Shown one piece after another: positions 18,545 to 28,479 of a stretch of 40,442 bases of DNA (positions are counted from its first letter, which is position 1; every line of letters starts with the position of its first letter). The DNA comes from Comamonadaceae bacterium. GTDB taxonomy: Bacteria; Pseudomonadota; Gammaproteobacteria; Burkholderiales; Burkholderiaceae_C. Location of the stretch: the NCBI GenBank assembly GCA_947452725.1, contig CANGEG010000001.1, forward strand, positions 1 to 40,442, given 5' to 3'. Both the position numbers and the translations under genes were made by a program. Below the pieces are notes generated by a model. The model saw only the letters and a list, made by a program, of their open reading frames with translations. It ran no database searches and was not told where the DNA came from.

Positions 18545-18850
18545 ATGTCTGCCTGCACCACCTGCGGCGCCTGCTGCGTGAGTTTTCGGGTGGACTTCTC
18601 CGTGAGTGAGTATGAGGAAGAAGGCGGCTCGGTGCCGGCAGGTCTGGCCTCACCGATCACCGAACACACCTGCCGCATGCGTGGCACCGACCACAGCCCG
18701 CCGCGCTGCGCTGCGCTCTACGGCAAGACCGGCGAACAAGCCCTGTGCGGTATCTACGAATGGCGCCCCTCCCCTTGCCGCGAATTTGCCGAAGGCAGCG
18801 AAGCCTGCCAGCGTGCGAGGCAAAGACAGGGGCTGGCGCCATGGGTTTGA
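18545..18850 (+). CDS. YkgJ family cysteine cluster protein
   Basis: CTTCGACC...C...RC...CGIYEWRPSPCREF pattern. Confidence 0.85.
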   Translation: MSACTTCGACCVSFRVDFSVSEYEEEGGSVPAGLASPITEHTCRMRGTDHSPPRCAALYGKTGEQALCGIYEWRPSPCREFAEGSEACQRARQRQGLAPWV

Positions 18851-18901
18851 TGCGCCCATTTTGATCAGCCTCAAAACCGTTTCTCCAACCGGCGCCCCCC
18901 T

Positions 18902-19801
18902 ATGCAAATGAAGTGGTTTGAAGATCTGCTGGCCTTGGCCCAGACGCGTAACTTCAGCCGCGCAGCCGAATTGCGGCATGTGACCCACCCCGCGTTTGGG
19001 CGGCGCATTAAAGCGCTTGAGGAATGGGCTGGCGCTGCGCTGCTGGTGCGCGACAAAACGCCACTCACGCTGACCCCGGCAGGGGAACAATTACTGGAAC
19101 ACGCACGTGACCTCTTGCAAGGCGTGGGCCAAGCACGCGAAGCGCTGCAAGGCGCGGCCGGACGGCATGGCAACACCGTGACGCTGGCCACAGGGCGAAC
19201 GCTCGCGCGCACACTCGTGGCCGATTGGCTGGTGCGCATGCAACCGCTGCTTGAGCACACACAGGGACAGTTGCAAATCCGAACCCGTTCATTGGCCGAG
19301 ACCGCAGAGATGCTCGACCGCGGCGAGGTCGACTTCATGCTGACCTACCACCACGCCTTGTTGACCGTAAAGATCAATGCGCGCCGGTACAACTACATCA
19401 CCATGGTGCACGACCAACTGGTGCCCGTGGTGCGCTGCGATGCCCGCGGCCAGCGGCGCTACGACTTTGCGGCAGACACACCCGTGCCCTACTTGGCCTA
19501 TGCGTCCACCTTGGCACTGGGGCGACTGGTGGCGGATCATTTGGCCAACCACCCGCATGCGCCCTTGTTGCACCGACTCGTCGAGTGTGATTCTGCCGAT
19601 GCGCTACTCGAGTACAGCCTGCAAGGCCTGGGGATTGCCTGGCTGCCCCTTTCGCTCGTGGCCAGCGCCTGCAAGGCCAGGCAGCTCGTTATCTTGGGCG
19701 ATGCGCAACTGGCCATTGGCTTTGAAGTTCGCCTGTACCGGCCCAAAAAGCGGCTGAGCGAATTAGCCGAGGCGGTATGGGCCTCTGCGCAACCGAGCTG
19801 A
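18902..19801 (+). CDS. LysR family transcriptional regulator
   Basis: N-terminal HTH NFSRAAELRHVTHPAFGRRIKALE, LTPAG, GLGIAWLP. Confidence 0.93.
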   Translation: MQMKWFEDLLALAQTRNFSRAAELRHVTHPAFGRRIKALEEWAGAALLVRDKTPLTLTPAGEQLLEHARDLLQGVGQAREALQGAAGRHGNTVTLATGRTLARTLVADWLVRMQPLLEHTQGQLQIRTRSLAETAEMLDRGEVDFMLTYHHALLTVKINARRYNYITMVHDQLVPVVRCDARGQRRYDFAADTPVPYLAYASTLALGRLVADHLANHPHAPLLHRLVECDSADALLEYSLQGLGIAWLPLSLVASACKARQLVILGDAQLAIGFEVRLYRPKKRLSELAEAVWASAQPS

Positions 19802-19825
19802 AGATCGGCCTGACCTTGGTGTTAC

Positions 19826-19861
19826 GTGCCCAAAAAGCACTGCGCCGTGCTTTCAAGGCAC
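19826..19861. promoter_or_regulatory. Tandem LysR-type boxes GTGC-N7-GCAC
   Basis: GTGC-ccaaaaa-GCAC 19826-19840 and GTGC-tttcaag-GCAC 19847-19861; both fit T-N11-A and are offset by 21 bp. Confidence 0.65.
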
Positions 19862-19921
19862 TTCACTCTTTCAAAGAGACCTGACAATGAACTCTCTTTC
19901 ATCCACTTTAAAAGGTCATTC

Positions 19922-20902
19922 ATGTCACAAAAACCCCCCACCTTTCGTTTGGGACTGCTGTGCGGTTTAGCCTTGCTGTCGAGTTTGCCGGCGTTGGCAC
20001 AACATGACAGTTACCCCAGCAAGCCGATCACCCTCGTTGTGGGCTATCCACCCGGCGGCAGTACCGATTTAACCGGACGCACCTTGGGCTTTGAGCTTTC
20101 CAAACGACTGGGGGTGCCCGTGGTGATTGAAAACATTGGCGGTGCCGGTGGCGTGATTGGCGCGCAAAAGGTGGCGAATGCCGCGCCCGATGGCTACACC
20201 TTGCTGGCGGGGGTCAACAACGAAATCGCGATCAGTCGATTGGTATCGTCAGCCGTCAAGTACCAGCTCAAGGACTTCACACCCATCGGCCTGATTGCTT
20301 CGCAGCCGATGGTGTTGGTGGCGTCGCACAAGAGTGGCGTCAAAAACATCGACCAGTTCATCAGCCTGGTCAAGGGCAACCCGGGCAAATACAGCTACGG
20401 CAGCTCCGGCGTGGGCACAGCGCTGCACTTGGCCGGTGAAATGGTGAAAGACCAGGGCGGCCTTTTCATGACCCACATTCCCTACCGCGGCGTTGCGCCC
20501 CTGGCCAATGATCTGTTGGGCAGCAATATTGACTTTGGCATGTTTGTGCTGTCCAGCGGTTTGCCGCACATCAAAAGCGGCCGCGTCGTCGCTGTCGGCA
20601 CGACCGAGGCGAAGCGCTCCGCCGTGACACCTGATATTCCTGCGCTGGCAGAAAACGCCAAATTGAAAGGATTGGACATCAACGTCTGGTTTGCCCTGAT
20701 GGGACCGGCCAATTTGCCCGAGCCTGTTCTCGCTAAACTGAAGAAAGCCTTGTCCGAGTCTTTGCAGGCGCCGGATCTGCGCAAGAAGCTGGAGGAATCG
20801 GGCTCCGCCATCGCTCCTTTAAACGTGGACATGGCGAAGTTTTTGAAAGACGAAACGGTGAAGTACCAACGCATCGTCGACTTTGCGAAGATCAAAGAAT
20901 GA
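19922..20902 (+). CDS. Bug/TctC substrate-binding protein
   Basis: Signal peptide, YPSKPITLVVGYPPGGSTD, ENIGGAGG, PDGYTLL, HIPYRG. Confidence 0.93.
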   Translation: MSQKPPTFRLGLLCGLALLSSLPALAQHDSYPSKPITLVVGYPPGGSTDLTGRTLGFELSKRLGVPVVIENIGGAGGVIGAQKVANAAPDGYTLLAGVNNEIAISRLVSSAVKYQLKDFTPIGLIASQPMVLVASHKSGVKNIDQFISLVKGNPGKYSYGSSGVGTALHLAGEMVKDQGGLFMTHIPYRGVAPLANDLLGSNIDFGMFVLSSGLPHIKSGRVVAVGTTEAKRSAVTPDIPALAENAKLKGLDINVWFALMGPANLPEPVLAKLKKALSESLQAPDLRKKLEESGSAIAPLNVDMAKFLKDETVKYQRIVDFAKIKE

Positions 20903-21900
20903 GCACCACTGAAACACTTGCCTTTACTCTAGCGCAACCCGATATCACGGATTGGCGCGCTGGCAATACGGGAACCGAAGGCGTATGGCAATTCGACTCT
21001 GGCCAAACTGGTCGCCATGTCATGGTCAGCGCGCTGGTGCACGGCAATGAACTGTGCGGCGCCTGGGCACTCAAAGGCTTGTTGGAAGCGGGGTTTCGGC
21101 CACAGCGCGGCGTGCTCACGTTGGCCTTTTGCAATCTGGCCGCCTTTGACCGCTTTGATGTTTTGCATCACGACGCTGCGCGTTTTGTTGACGAAGACCT
21201 GAACCGGCAATGGCTGCCTGAGCGCATGAGCGATGGCAGCACGCAGGAGCGCGCTCGCGCCGCGGCGCTGCAGCCCTTTGTAGCGCAGGCTGACTGGTTG
21301 CTTGATCTGCATTCGATGCACGAACGCGCAGCCCCTTTGCTTTTGACTGGTATTCAGCCACGCAATTTGGCGCTGGCACGCGCGCTGCGCACGCCACAGC
21401 ATGTGGTAGTGGATGCGGGCCACCAAGACGGTGTAAGGATGCGCGATTTCGGACGCTGGGGCTGGAGCGACGCGCTCGCGCCTGAGACGCGCTCGCTGCT
21501 GATTGAGTGCGGGTTTCATGGGGACTTGAGTAGCCGCACAGTGGCACAAGACCTTTGTCTGCGCTTTCTGATCGAGGCCGGCATGCTCGATGAACTCAAG
21601 GCTCAAGAGTTTTTGCCTGGATGGCTTCAGCCTGACGCGCCTCAGCAGTGGGCGCTACAGGTCACTGGTGGCGTGGTGGCGCGCAGCGAACACTTCCGTT
21701 TTACGCATCCTTTCCAGGGTTTGGAGATGATTGAGAAAGCTGGCACCGTGATCGGTCACCACCACGAACTCGGCAATAGCGAGGCTGAGGCCGTGACCAC
21801 GCCCTATGACAACTGCGTCTTGGTCATGCCCTCCGTTCGTCAGGCGCGCGCTGGCGTGACCGTGGTTCGCTTTGCGAGGCGCCAAGCATTGGTTGCTTGA
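20899..21900 (+). CDS. Succinylglutamate desuccinylase/aspartoacylase family zinc deacylase
   Basis: HGNE, DLNR, LDLHS and IECG motifs of M14-like deacylases; ATGA overlap with the Bug stop. Confidence 0.85.
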   Translation: MSTTETLAFTLAQPDITDWRAGNTGTEGVWQFDSGQTGRHVMVSALVHGNELCGAWALKGLLEAGFRPQRGVLTLAFCNLAAFDRFDVLHHDAARFVDEDLNRQWLPERMSDGSTQERARAAALQPFVAQADWLLDLHSMHERAAPLLLTGIQPRNLALARALRTPQHVVVDAGHQDGVRMRDFGRWGWSDALAPETRSLLIECGFHGDLSSRTVAQDLCLRFLIEAGMLDELKAQEFLPGWLQPDAPQQWALQVTGGVVARSEHFRFTHPFQGLEMIEKAGTVIGHHHELGNSEAEAVTTPYDNCVLVMPSVRQARAGVTVVRFARRQALVA

Positions 21901-21980
21901 TTCGTTCTTCATCATGGCGGCGTCGGGCCACTGAGCGTTGATTGCTTTAACATCGCTCCAAACTCACTTGAGGAAACGCC

Positions 21981-22463
21981 ATGCAACTGAACATCAACGG
22001 CCAAAGCCGCAACTCCAACGCCGGCGCCAGCACGCCTTTGTTGTGGGTGCTGCGAGATGAATTGAATCTGACGGGCACCAAATTCGGCTGCGGCATCGCT
22101 GCCTGCGGCGCCTGCACGGTGCATGTGGATGGCCAAGCGGTGCGCTCCTGTGTGGTTCCTGCGTCGGCACTGGTCGGTCAAAAAATCACCACCATCGAAT
22201 CCTTGGGCAGCGCAGAGCAGCTGCACCCTTTGCAAGCGGCCTGGATTGCCGAGCAGGTGCCGCAATGCGGTTATTGCCAAAGCGGCATGCTGATGGCCGC
22301 AGCCGCACTGCTGGCGGGCAACCCCAACCCGAGCGATGCCGACATCGACACGGCCATGACCAATTTGTGCCGCTGCGGCACGTACCAGCGGGTGCGCGCA
22401 GCCATTCACCGCGCTGCAACAGCTCTGAACAAGCCCGCGATAAAGCAAGGCGGTGTAGCATGA
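21981..22463 (+). CDS. (2Fe-2S)-binding small subunit of molybdo-oxidoreductase (IorA/CoxS-like)
   Basis: [32 protein letters not shown]; GAGG RBS. Confidence 0.93.
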   Translation: MQLNINGQSRNSNAGASTPLLWVLRDELNLTGTKFGCGIAACGACTVHVDGQAVRSCVVPASALVGQKITTIESLGSAEQLHPLQAAWIAEQVPQCGYCQSGMLMAAAALLAGNPNPSDADIDTAMTNLCRCGTYQRVRAAIHRAATALNKPAIKQGGVA

Positions 22464-24727
22464 GGCGCCGCACCTGGTTACTCAGCGCCTTGGGCGCCAC
22501 GGGGGCATTGGTGGTTGGCTGGGGCGTGATGCCTGCGCGCTCGCGCCTGGGCTCGCCCGAGCAGATGCTTAAAACCGAAGGTGATATCGCCTTGAACGGC
22601 TGGATCAAGATCGTGCATGACGGCGGCGTAGTGCTGGCCATGCCGCGCAGTGAAATGGGCCAAGGCGTGCACACCGCGCTGGCCATGTTGGTGGCCGAGG
22701 AGCTGGATGTGCCACTGAACCGCGTGCGATTAGAGCAAGCGGGGGCTGACACCATTTACGGCAACGTCGCCATGATGCTGGGCTCGTTGCCATTTCATCC
22801 GCTGGACAGCGAAGGTGAACACAAGAGCATCAAGATCAAGATGGGCGAATGGATCGTGGGCAAGATCGCACGCGAACTGGGAATCAACGCCACGGGTGGC
22901 TCGTCCAGCATCGTCGACCTTTGGGAGCCCTTGCGCATGGCCGCTGCCACGGCGCGCGCCAGCCTGGTGCAATCGGCGGCCACCAGTTGGAAAGTGCCTA
23001 CCAGCGAACTTACAGTCACCGAGGGGGTGATAAAACACGCCTCCGGCAAATCAGCTCATTTCGGAGAAATGAGCGCTGCCGCTGCGGGTCTGACCCCTGA
23101 CCCAGTCATCCCAAAATCACGCCAAGACTGGAAGCTGATTGGCCAGCCCGCCCCGCGCAGCGACATCCCGGCCAAGGTGATGGGCCAATCCCAGTTCGGC
23201 CTGGATGTGCGATTGCCCGGCATGCTGTTTGCCGCCGTGAGCATGAGCCCCATACTGGGGGGGGCGGCTTCATCCATGGACACGAAAGCTGCTCTGGCTT
23301 TGCCCGGCATTGAAAAAGTTGTGACTCTGGATGCCTGGGGCGGCGGCACCGGCGGTCTGGCTGTGGTGGCTAAAAATACTTGGCAAGCCCGCCAAGGCGC
23401 GCAAGCCGTTCAGGTGCAGTGGCAAGCGCCCAGCACAGGAGCGTTAGACACCGCGCGCATCCAAGCGGCGTTGCTGAACAGCTTGAACACCGAAAGCGGC
23501 TTCACTTTCTACGAACAAGGCGTGCCGGTGCAGGCCGAGAAGGCTGCGGCCAGACGCATCGACGCGCTGTACCAAGCGCCCTACCTGGCGCATGCCACGA
23601 TGGAGCCGATGAACTGTACCGCGCAGGTGAAGGACGGCCACGTTGAAATTTGGCTGCCTACGCAGGTGCCGCAAATGGCCCGCGCCATGGCCGCCAAAGT
23701 GGCGGGCGTGAAAGAAGACAAGGTGACGGTGCACGTGACGCTGCTGGGCGGCGGTTTTGGCCGCCGACTGGAAGTGGACTTTGTCGGCCAGGCCGTGCAA
23801 GTGGCCATGGCTTGCCAAGGCGTGCCGGTGCAACTGAGCTGGTCGCGTGAAGAAGATATGACGCATGATTTTTACCGCCCCATGCACTTGGCCAAATTTC
23901 AGGCCTCACTGGACGCGCAAAGCGAAGTGACCAGCTTGCGGATCAAGTCGGCGGGCGACGCTATCTCACCGCGCTGGATGGCACGCGCCGTACCCATGCT
24001 GTCGGGCCCGATAGACATGCCTGACAAAACCACGGCCGAGGGTTTGTTCGATTTGCCCTACAGTTTTGCCAGCCAGCACATGAGCCACGTGGCCACGAAG
24101 TCGGGCGTCCCCGTGGGCTTTTGGCGCTCGGTGGGCCATTCGCACAACGCTTTCTTTTCCGAAAGTTTCATGGACGAGTTAGCCGCCGCGTCCAAGCAAG
24201 ACCCTCTGGCGTTTCGCTTGGGCTTGCTCAACGATGCGCCGCGCTACGCGGCAGTGTTGCAAAAAGCTGCTGACCTGGCCGGTTGGGGTAAGCCCTTACC
24301 CGAAGGCCATGCACACGGATTGGCATTGCACGAGTCGTTTGGCTCCATCGTGGCGCAAGTGGCCGAGATCTCACTTGCCAACGGCCAAATTCGCGTGCAC
24401 CACGTGGTCTGCGCGATTGACTGCGGCACCGTGGTCAACCCAGCCACCGTGGCGCAGCAAATGGAAAGCGGCGTGGTCTTCGGCCTGAGTGCGGCCTTGT
24501 CGGGCCAGATCGACATCGTGGGTGGCGTGGTCCAGCAACGCAATTTCCCCAACTACCCCATGGTGACCTTGGCTCAGGCCCCGGTGGTGCAAACCCACAT
24601 CATGGCAAGCACCCGCGCCCCCGGCGGTGTGGGCGAACCGGCCGTGCCGCCGATTGCGCCGGCCGTGGCGAACGCGCTATTTGCTCTGACCGGAAAACGC
24701 CTACGGACTTTGCCGTTGGTGGTTTGA
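22460..24727 (+). CDS. Xanthine dehydrogenase family molybdopterin-binding subunit (IorB-like), Tat-type signal
   Basis: MRRRTWLL twin-arginine start, [40 protein letters not shown]; ATGA overlap. Confidence 0.92.
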   Translation: MRRRTWLLSALGATGALVVGWGVMPARSRLGSPEQMLKTEGDIALNGWIKIVHDGGVVLAMPRSEMGQGVHTALAMLVAEELDVPLNRVRLEQAGADTIYGNVAMMLGSLPFHPLDSEGEHKSIKIKMGEWIVGKIARELGINATGGSSSIVDLWEPLRMAAATARASLVQSAATSWKVPTSELTVTEGVIKHASGKSAHFGEMSAAAAGLTPDPVIPKSRQDWKLIGQPAPRSDIPAKVMGQSQFGLDVRLPGMLFAAVSMSPILGGAASSMDTKAALALPGIEKVVTLDAWGGGTGGLAVVAKNTWQARQGAQAVQVQWQAPSTGALDTARIQAALLNSLNTESGFTFYEQGVPVQAEKAAARRIDALYQAPYLAHATMEPMNCTAQVKDGHVEIWLPTQVPQMARAMAAKVAGVKEDKVTVHVTLLGGGFGRRLEVDFVGQAVQVAMACQGVPVQLSWSREEDMTHDFYRPMHLAKFQASLDAQSEVTSLRIKSAGDAISPRWMARAVPMLSGPIDMPDKTTAEGLFDLPYSFASQHMSHVATKSGVPVGFWRSVGHSHNAFFSESFMDELAAASKQDPLAFRLGLLNDAPRYAAVLQKAADLAGWGKPLPEGHAHGLALHESFGSIVAQVAEISLANGQIRVHHVVCAIDCGTVVNPATVAQQMESGVVFGLSAALSGQIDIVGGVVQQRNFPNYPMVTLAQAPVVQTHIMASTRAPGGVGEPAVPPIAPAVANALFALTGKRLRTLPLVV

Positions 24728-24737
24728 GACTGCGTGA

Positions 24738-25955
24738 TTACAGCGCAGGGCCTTGGCCGTACAGCCAAGGCACATCCATAACCCGCTCGCCCATGAGGCG
24801 CATGGACAAGTTGCGGCTCATGGCCACCGCGCCTTGCGCGTGAAAGATGCGCCCATTGCGAATGGCGCGTGCTTGGACGCGGGCATTGCGCGCCCAGCGT
24901 TGCTGGGCATAGGCCTGTAACCGCTCGACCGTGCTGCCCTTAACCAGGGTCAAGCACTGCGCCAGCACCTGCGCATCTTCGATCGCCATACCCGCGCCTT
25001 GCGCAAGGTAGGGTCTCATCGGGTGCGCGGCATCACCCAGCAAGGCCACGGGGCCTTGCGCCATATCTCGCGCTGAGGTCACGGGCGCTCGGTCGTGCAA
25101 AGCCCACTGCCGCCAAGCGGGCACAGAGGCCAGACGCTCATGCAAATCTTTGCCCACCGCACCTGAAACTGCCCCCATGGCGTGCATCAGCGCTTGGGCT
25201 TGGCCTGCTGCATCCCACGCATCGGCTTGTTCAGTTTTGGCACCGTGCACAATGGCCACCAAATTCAGCCATTCACCGCAGCGTACCGGGTAATGCACCA
25301 CATGCAGGCGAGGCCCCATCCACACCGTGACTTCGTCCGAGCGCAAATGGGCTGGCAAATCGGCCTGCGCCACCAGCGCCCGATAAGCCAGATGCCCGGT
25401 AAAGCGGGCGGGCTCGTCGCCCAGAAACTGCTGGCGAACCGCGCTCCAAATCCCATCGGCACCGATCAGGGCATCGGCATGCCAGCTTTGGCCTGTCTGG
25501 GTGTGCACTTGCAGCCCATCAGTGGATGTATTCCAGCCCGTCACCGCATGGCCCAGATGCATCGCCACCCCGACTCGTTGCCCCGCTTCGTCTAACAGCC
25601 CCTGCAAGTCGGCCCTGTGTATGGTGGCGTAAGGCGCGTCATACAGCGCCTGTGCCCGCTCGCCCAAGCGCAAACTGCCCAGAACCTGCCCGGTTTGGGC
25701 ATCGCGGGCTTTTAGTTGCTTAGGAAAAGCGGCTACCCGTGCCAGCGCATCGCCCAGGCCCCAGCCCTGCAAAATGCGCGTCACGTTCGGGCCGATCTGG
25801 ATGCCCGCGCCGACCTCGGTGAGCTGCGCTGAGCGCTCCAGCAGCTGAACCGGCAAGCCTTTACGCGCACAGGCCAACGCGGCCGCCAAGCCGCCTATGC
25901 CGCCGCCTGCGATTAACACCTGTTGGGGTCCACTTTCGGACATGTTTCTTGTCAT
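24738..25955 (-). CDS. FAD-dependent monooxygenase (salicylate/hydroxybenzoate hydroxylase-like)
   Basis: IAGGGIGG, EVGAGIQIGPN, IHRADL, GADGIWS, GDAAHPMRPYLAQGAGMAIED; start 25955 or 25943. Confidence 0.9.
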   Translation of the reverse strand: MTRNMSESGPQQVLIAGGGIGGLAAALACARKGLPVQLLERSAQLTEVGAGIQIGPNVTRILQGWGLGDALARVAAFPKQLKARDAQTGQVLGSLRLGERAQALYDAPYATIHRADLQGLLDEAGQRVGVAMHLGHAVTGWNTSTDGLQVHTQTGQSWHADALIGADGIWSAVRQQFLGDEPARFTGHLAYRALVAQADLPAHLRSDEVTVWMGPRLHVVHYPVRCGEWLNLVAIVHGAKTEQADAWDAAGQAQALMHAMGAVSGAVGKDLHERLASVPAWRQWALHDRAPVTSARDMAQGPVALLGDAAHPMRPYLAQGAGMAIEDAQVLAQCLTLVKGSTVERLQAYAQQRWARNARVQARAIRNGRIFHAQGAVAMSRNLSMRLMGERVMDVPWLYGQGPAL

Positions 25956-26008
25956 GTGTCAATTGTGCCCTGGGCGTTGGGCGCTTTAAAAATTGGACAA
26001 TCAAAGAT

Positions 26009-27376
26009 ATGACCACGATCAAAGCTCCCGAACTTTTATTGCCCGCCGGCTCACTTGACAAAATGCGCGCCGCCTTCGACTTTGGCGCAGACGCGATTTA
26101 CGCTGGCCAGCCGCGCTACAGCCTGCGCGCTCGCAACAACGAATTCAAACTGGAACAAATCGGCATCGGCATTGCCGAGGCCCACGCACGGGGCAAAAAG
26201 TTTTTCGTTACCAGCAACTTGCTGCCGCACAACGACAAAGTGCGCACCTACCTGCGCGACATTGAGCCGGTGATTGCCATGCAGCCCGACGCCCTGATCA
26301 TGGCCGACCCGGGCCTGATCATGATGGTGCGAGAAAAGTGGCCCGAAATGCCGGTCCACCTGTCGGTGCAGGCCAACACGGTCAACTGGGCGGCCGTGAA
26401 GTTTTGGCAAAAAATGGGCGTGGCCCGCATCATCCTGTCACGTGAATTGAGCCTGGACGAGGTGGAGAAAATCCGCCAAGAATGCCCGGACATGGAACTC
26501 GAAGTATTTGTGCACGGCGCGCTGTGCATCGCCTACTCGGGGCGCTGCCTGCTGTCTGGCTACTTCAACCGCCGCGACCCCAACCAAGGCACCTGTACCA
26601 ATGCCTGCCGCTGGAACTACGGCACGCAAGAGGCCACCGATGAAACCGACTCCGGTGAAGTCAAGCCCATCCAAATGGACGGCGACTTCAACTTTGAACA
26701 TGAGCAAGCAAGCGCAGAGAGAAACTACTCGGCCTGCGGCGACGGCCAGCGCCACCCTGCGGCCCAGAAGGTGTATCTGATTGAGGAAGCCAACCGGCCC
26801 GGTGCGCTCATGCCCATCATGGAAGACGAGCACGGCACCTACATCATGAACAGCAAGGACCTGCGTGCCGTCGAACTGATCGAGCGCCTCGTCAAGATCG
26901 GCGTGGACTCGCTCAAGATCGAAGGCCGCACCAAGAGCCTTTACTACGTCAGCCGCACCGCGCAGGTCTATCGCCGCGCAATCGACGACGCGATGGCGGG
27001 TCGCCCCTTCAACCCCGAACTCATCAGCGAGCTCGACGGTCTGGCGTCACGCGGCTACACCTCGGGCTTTTTGGAGCGCCGCCCGGCGCAGGATTACCAA
27101 AATTACGAAGTCGGCCACTCGGTGGGACACCGTAGCCAGTTTGTGGGCGAGGTGCGCAGTGTGCAAGACGGCTGGGTAGAGGTGGAAACCAAAAACAAAT
27201 TTTCGGTAGGAGATACGATTGAAATCATTCACCCCAGCGGCAACCGCAAAGTGCCTTTGACGCTAATGAAAAACGCCCAAGGCGAAGCGATAGAGGTAGC
27301 CCCCGGCAGCCCGCTCAGGGTGTGGATTCCGATGGACGGGCCCGCCGAGGGCGCCTTGATTGCACGGATGTTTTAA
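26009..27376 (+). CDS. trhP: tRNA 5-hydroxyuridine modification protein, U32 peptidase family
   Basis: PELLLPAG, GADAIYAGQPRYSLRARNNEF, HLSVQAN, HGALCIAYSGRCLLS, QGTCTNACRW, SLKIEGRTKS (YegQ type). Confidence 0.92.
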   Translation: MTTIKAPELLLPAGSLDKMRAAFDFGADAIYAGQPRYSLRARNNEFKLEQIGIGIAEAHARGKKFFVTSNLLPHNDKVRTYLRDIEPVIAMQPDALIMADPGLIMMVREKWPEMPVHLSVQANTVNWAAVKFWQKMGVARIILSRELSLDEVEKIRQECPDMELEVFVHGALCIAYSGRCLLSGYFNRRDPNQGTCTNACRWNYGTQEATDETDSGEVKPIQMDGDFNFEHEQASAERNYSACGDGQRHPAAQKVYLIEEANRPGALMPIMEDEHGTYIMNSKDLRAVELIERLVKIGVDSLKIEGRTKSLYYVSRTAQVYRRAIDDAMAGRPFNPELISELDGLASRGYTSGFLERRPAQDYQNYEVGHSVGHRSQFVGEVRSVQDGWVEVETKNKFSVGDTIEIIHPSGNRKVPLTLMKNAQGEAIEVAPGSPLRVWIPMDGPAEGALIARMF

Positions 27377-27475
27377 GCCTGCGTCGAAAGGCGTCCACGA
27401 ACCGGTAAGTGCCTACGCCAACGCCCGAACTCCAGAATGTATCTCGTTTCTATAAACACGGATACACTTTTTGCC

Positions 27476-28129
27476 ATGAATACCGATCTCCTGACCCATT
27501 ACCCCGCTTTAGCCCATGTTGTCCCCAGTTTGGATGGACTTGGCCTGTCAGCCAATTCCATCACGGTGGGGGTCGACACCATCTTGTTTGATGAATACGC
27601 AGAATGTCAGGGTTTTCCGTTGGTATTAGAGGGAGAGATCAAGGTGTCGCGCCACTCCAGCGATGGTCGCTCTTTGGAGTTGTACCGGGTGGTGCCGGGC
27701 GAGCTGTGCCTAGTGTCCAGCGCCAGCCTTTTTAGCAGAACGCCGCTGTCGGCACAAGGCATGTCCACCCGGACCACCCGTGTAATGCTGATTGCGCCGG
27801 CCATGTTTCACCAGTGGCTGGCTGTGGCTGAGTTTCGCGATGCGGTCATGGGATTGTTTGCCGATCGCATGGCGGATCTAACGAGCCTAGTGGACGCAGT
27901 CGCCTTTCAGCGCCTAGACCAACGCCTCGCCGCCGCCCTGCTGGGCCGTGGCCCCAGCCTGGCTTTGACGCACCAGCAACTGGCCAATGAACTGGGGACG
28001 GTGCGCGAGATGGTGTCGCGCCTGCTTCGTCGCTTTGAATGTGAAGGCTGGGTGGAACTGGCGCGCGAACGCATCCATATTCATGACAGCAAGGCCTTGC
28101 GTGCCTTGGCCGATAGACAGACCCGTTGA
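27476..28129 (+). CDS. Crp/Fnr family transcriptional regulator
   Basis: cNMP-like domain (GEIKV...LYRVVPGELC) and HTH LTHQQLANELGTVREMVSRLL; start 27437 or 27476. Confidence 0.9.
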   Translation: MNTDLLTHYPALAHVVPSLDGLGLSANSITVGVDTILFDEYAECQGFPLVLEGEIKVSRHSSDGRSLELYRVVPGELCLVSSASLFSRTPLSAQGMSTRTTRVMLIAPAMFHQWLAVAEFRDAVMGLFADRMADLTSLVDAVAFQRLDQRLAAALLGRGPSLALTHQQLANELGTVREMVSRLLRRFECEGWVELARERIHIHDSKALRALADRQTR

Positions 28130-28152
28130 AGTTATTAACCCCAATGCAAACA

Positions 28153-28168
28153 TGTGATTGAAGTTACA
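28153..28168. promoter_or_regulatory. CRP/FNR-family binding site
   Basis: TGTGA-ttgaag-TTACA, one mismatch from TGTGA-N6-TCACA, between the Crp/Fnr gene and DUF2892. Confidence 0.7.
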
Positions 28169-28231
28169 TACTTTCAAAAGCCCACCGCGTCCAATAGACC
28201 CATCAACAACTCTTGATGAAAAGGACTTCCC

Positions 28232-28426
28232 ATGAAAACCAATGAAGGCGCTATCGATCGCGTGATGCGAATTGCAGTAGGCATTTTGCTGCTGGCCCTG
28301 ACTTACAACCACACCATCGGACCTTGGGGCTGGATCGGCCTGGTGGCTTTGCTCACCGGCGCCATTGGCTGGTGCCCGATTTATACCTTGCTGGGTATCA
28401 ACACCCGGCGCGCCAAACTGAACTGA
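28232..28426 (+). CDS. DUF2892 (YgaP-like) small membrane protein
   Basis: MKTNEGAIDRVMRI, two TM segments, GWCPIYTLLGINT; AAGGA RBS. Confidence 0.88.
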   Translation: MKTNEGAIDRVMRIAVGILLLALTYNHTIGPWGWIGLVALLTGAIGWCPIYTLLGINTRRAKLN

Positions 28427-28479
28427 ACTTCAGCGAAGAAGTGGCCTGACTGGGGTCACCCCCAAGGCGCAGCCCCCAA

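Noticed and set aside
26860-27110. Stretch of trhP that looks more GC3-rich than its 3' end (possible recombination patch)
   Set aside because: Impression only; needs a sliding-window codon/GC computation and comparison with relatives, and conserved domains often show stronger bias
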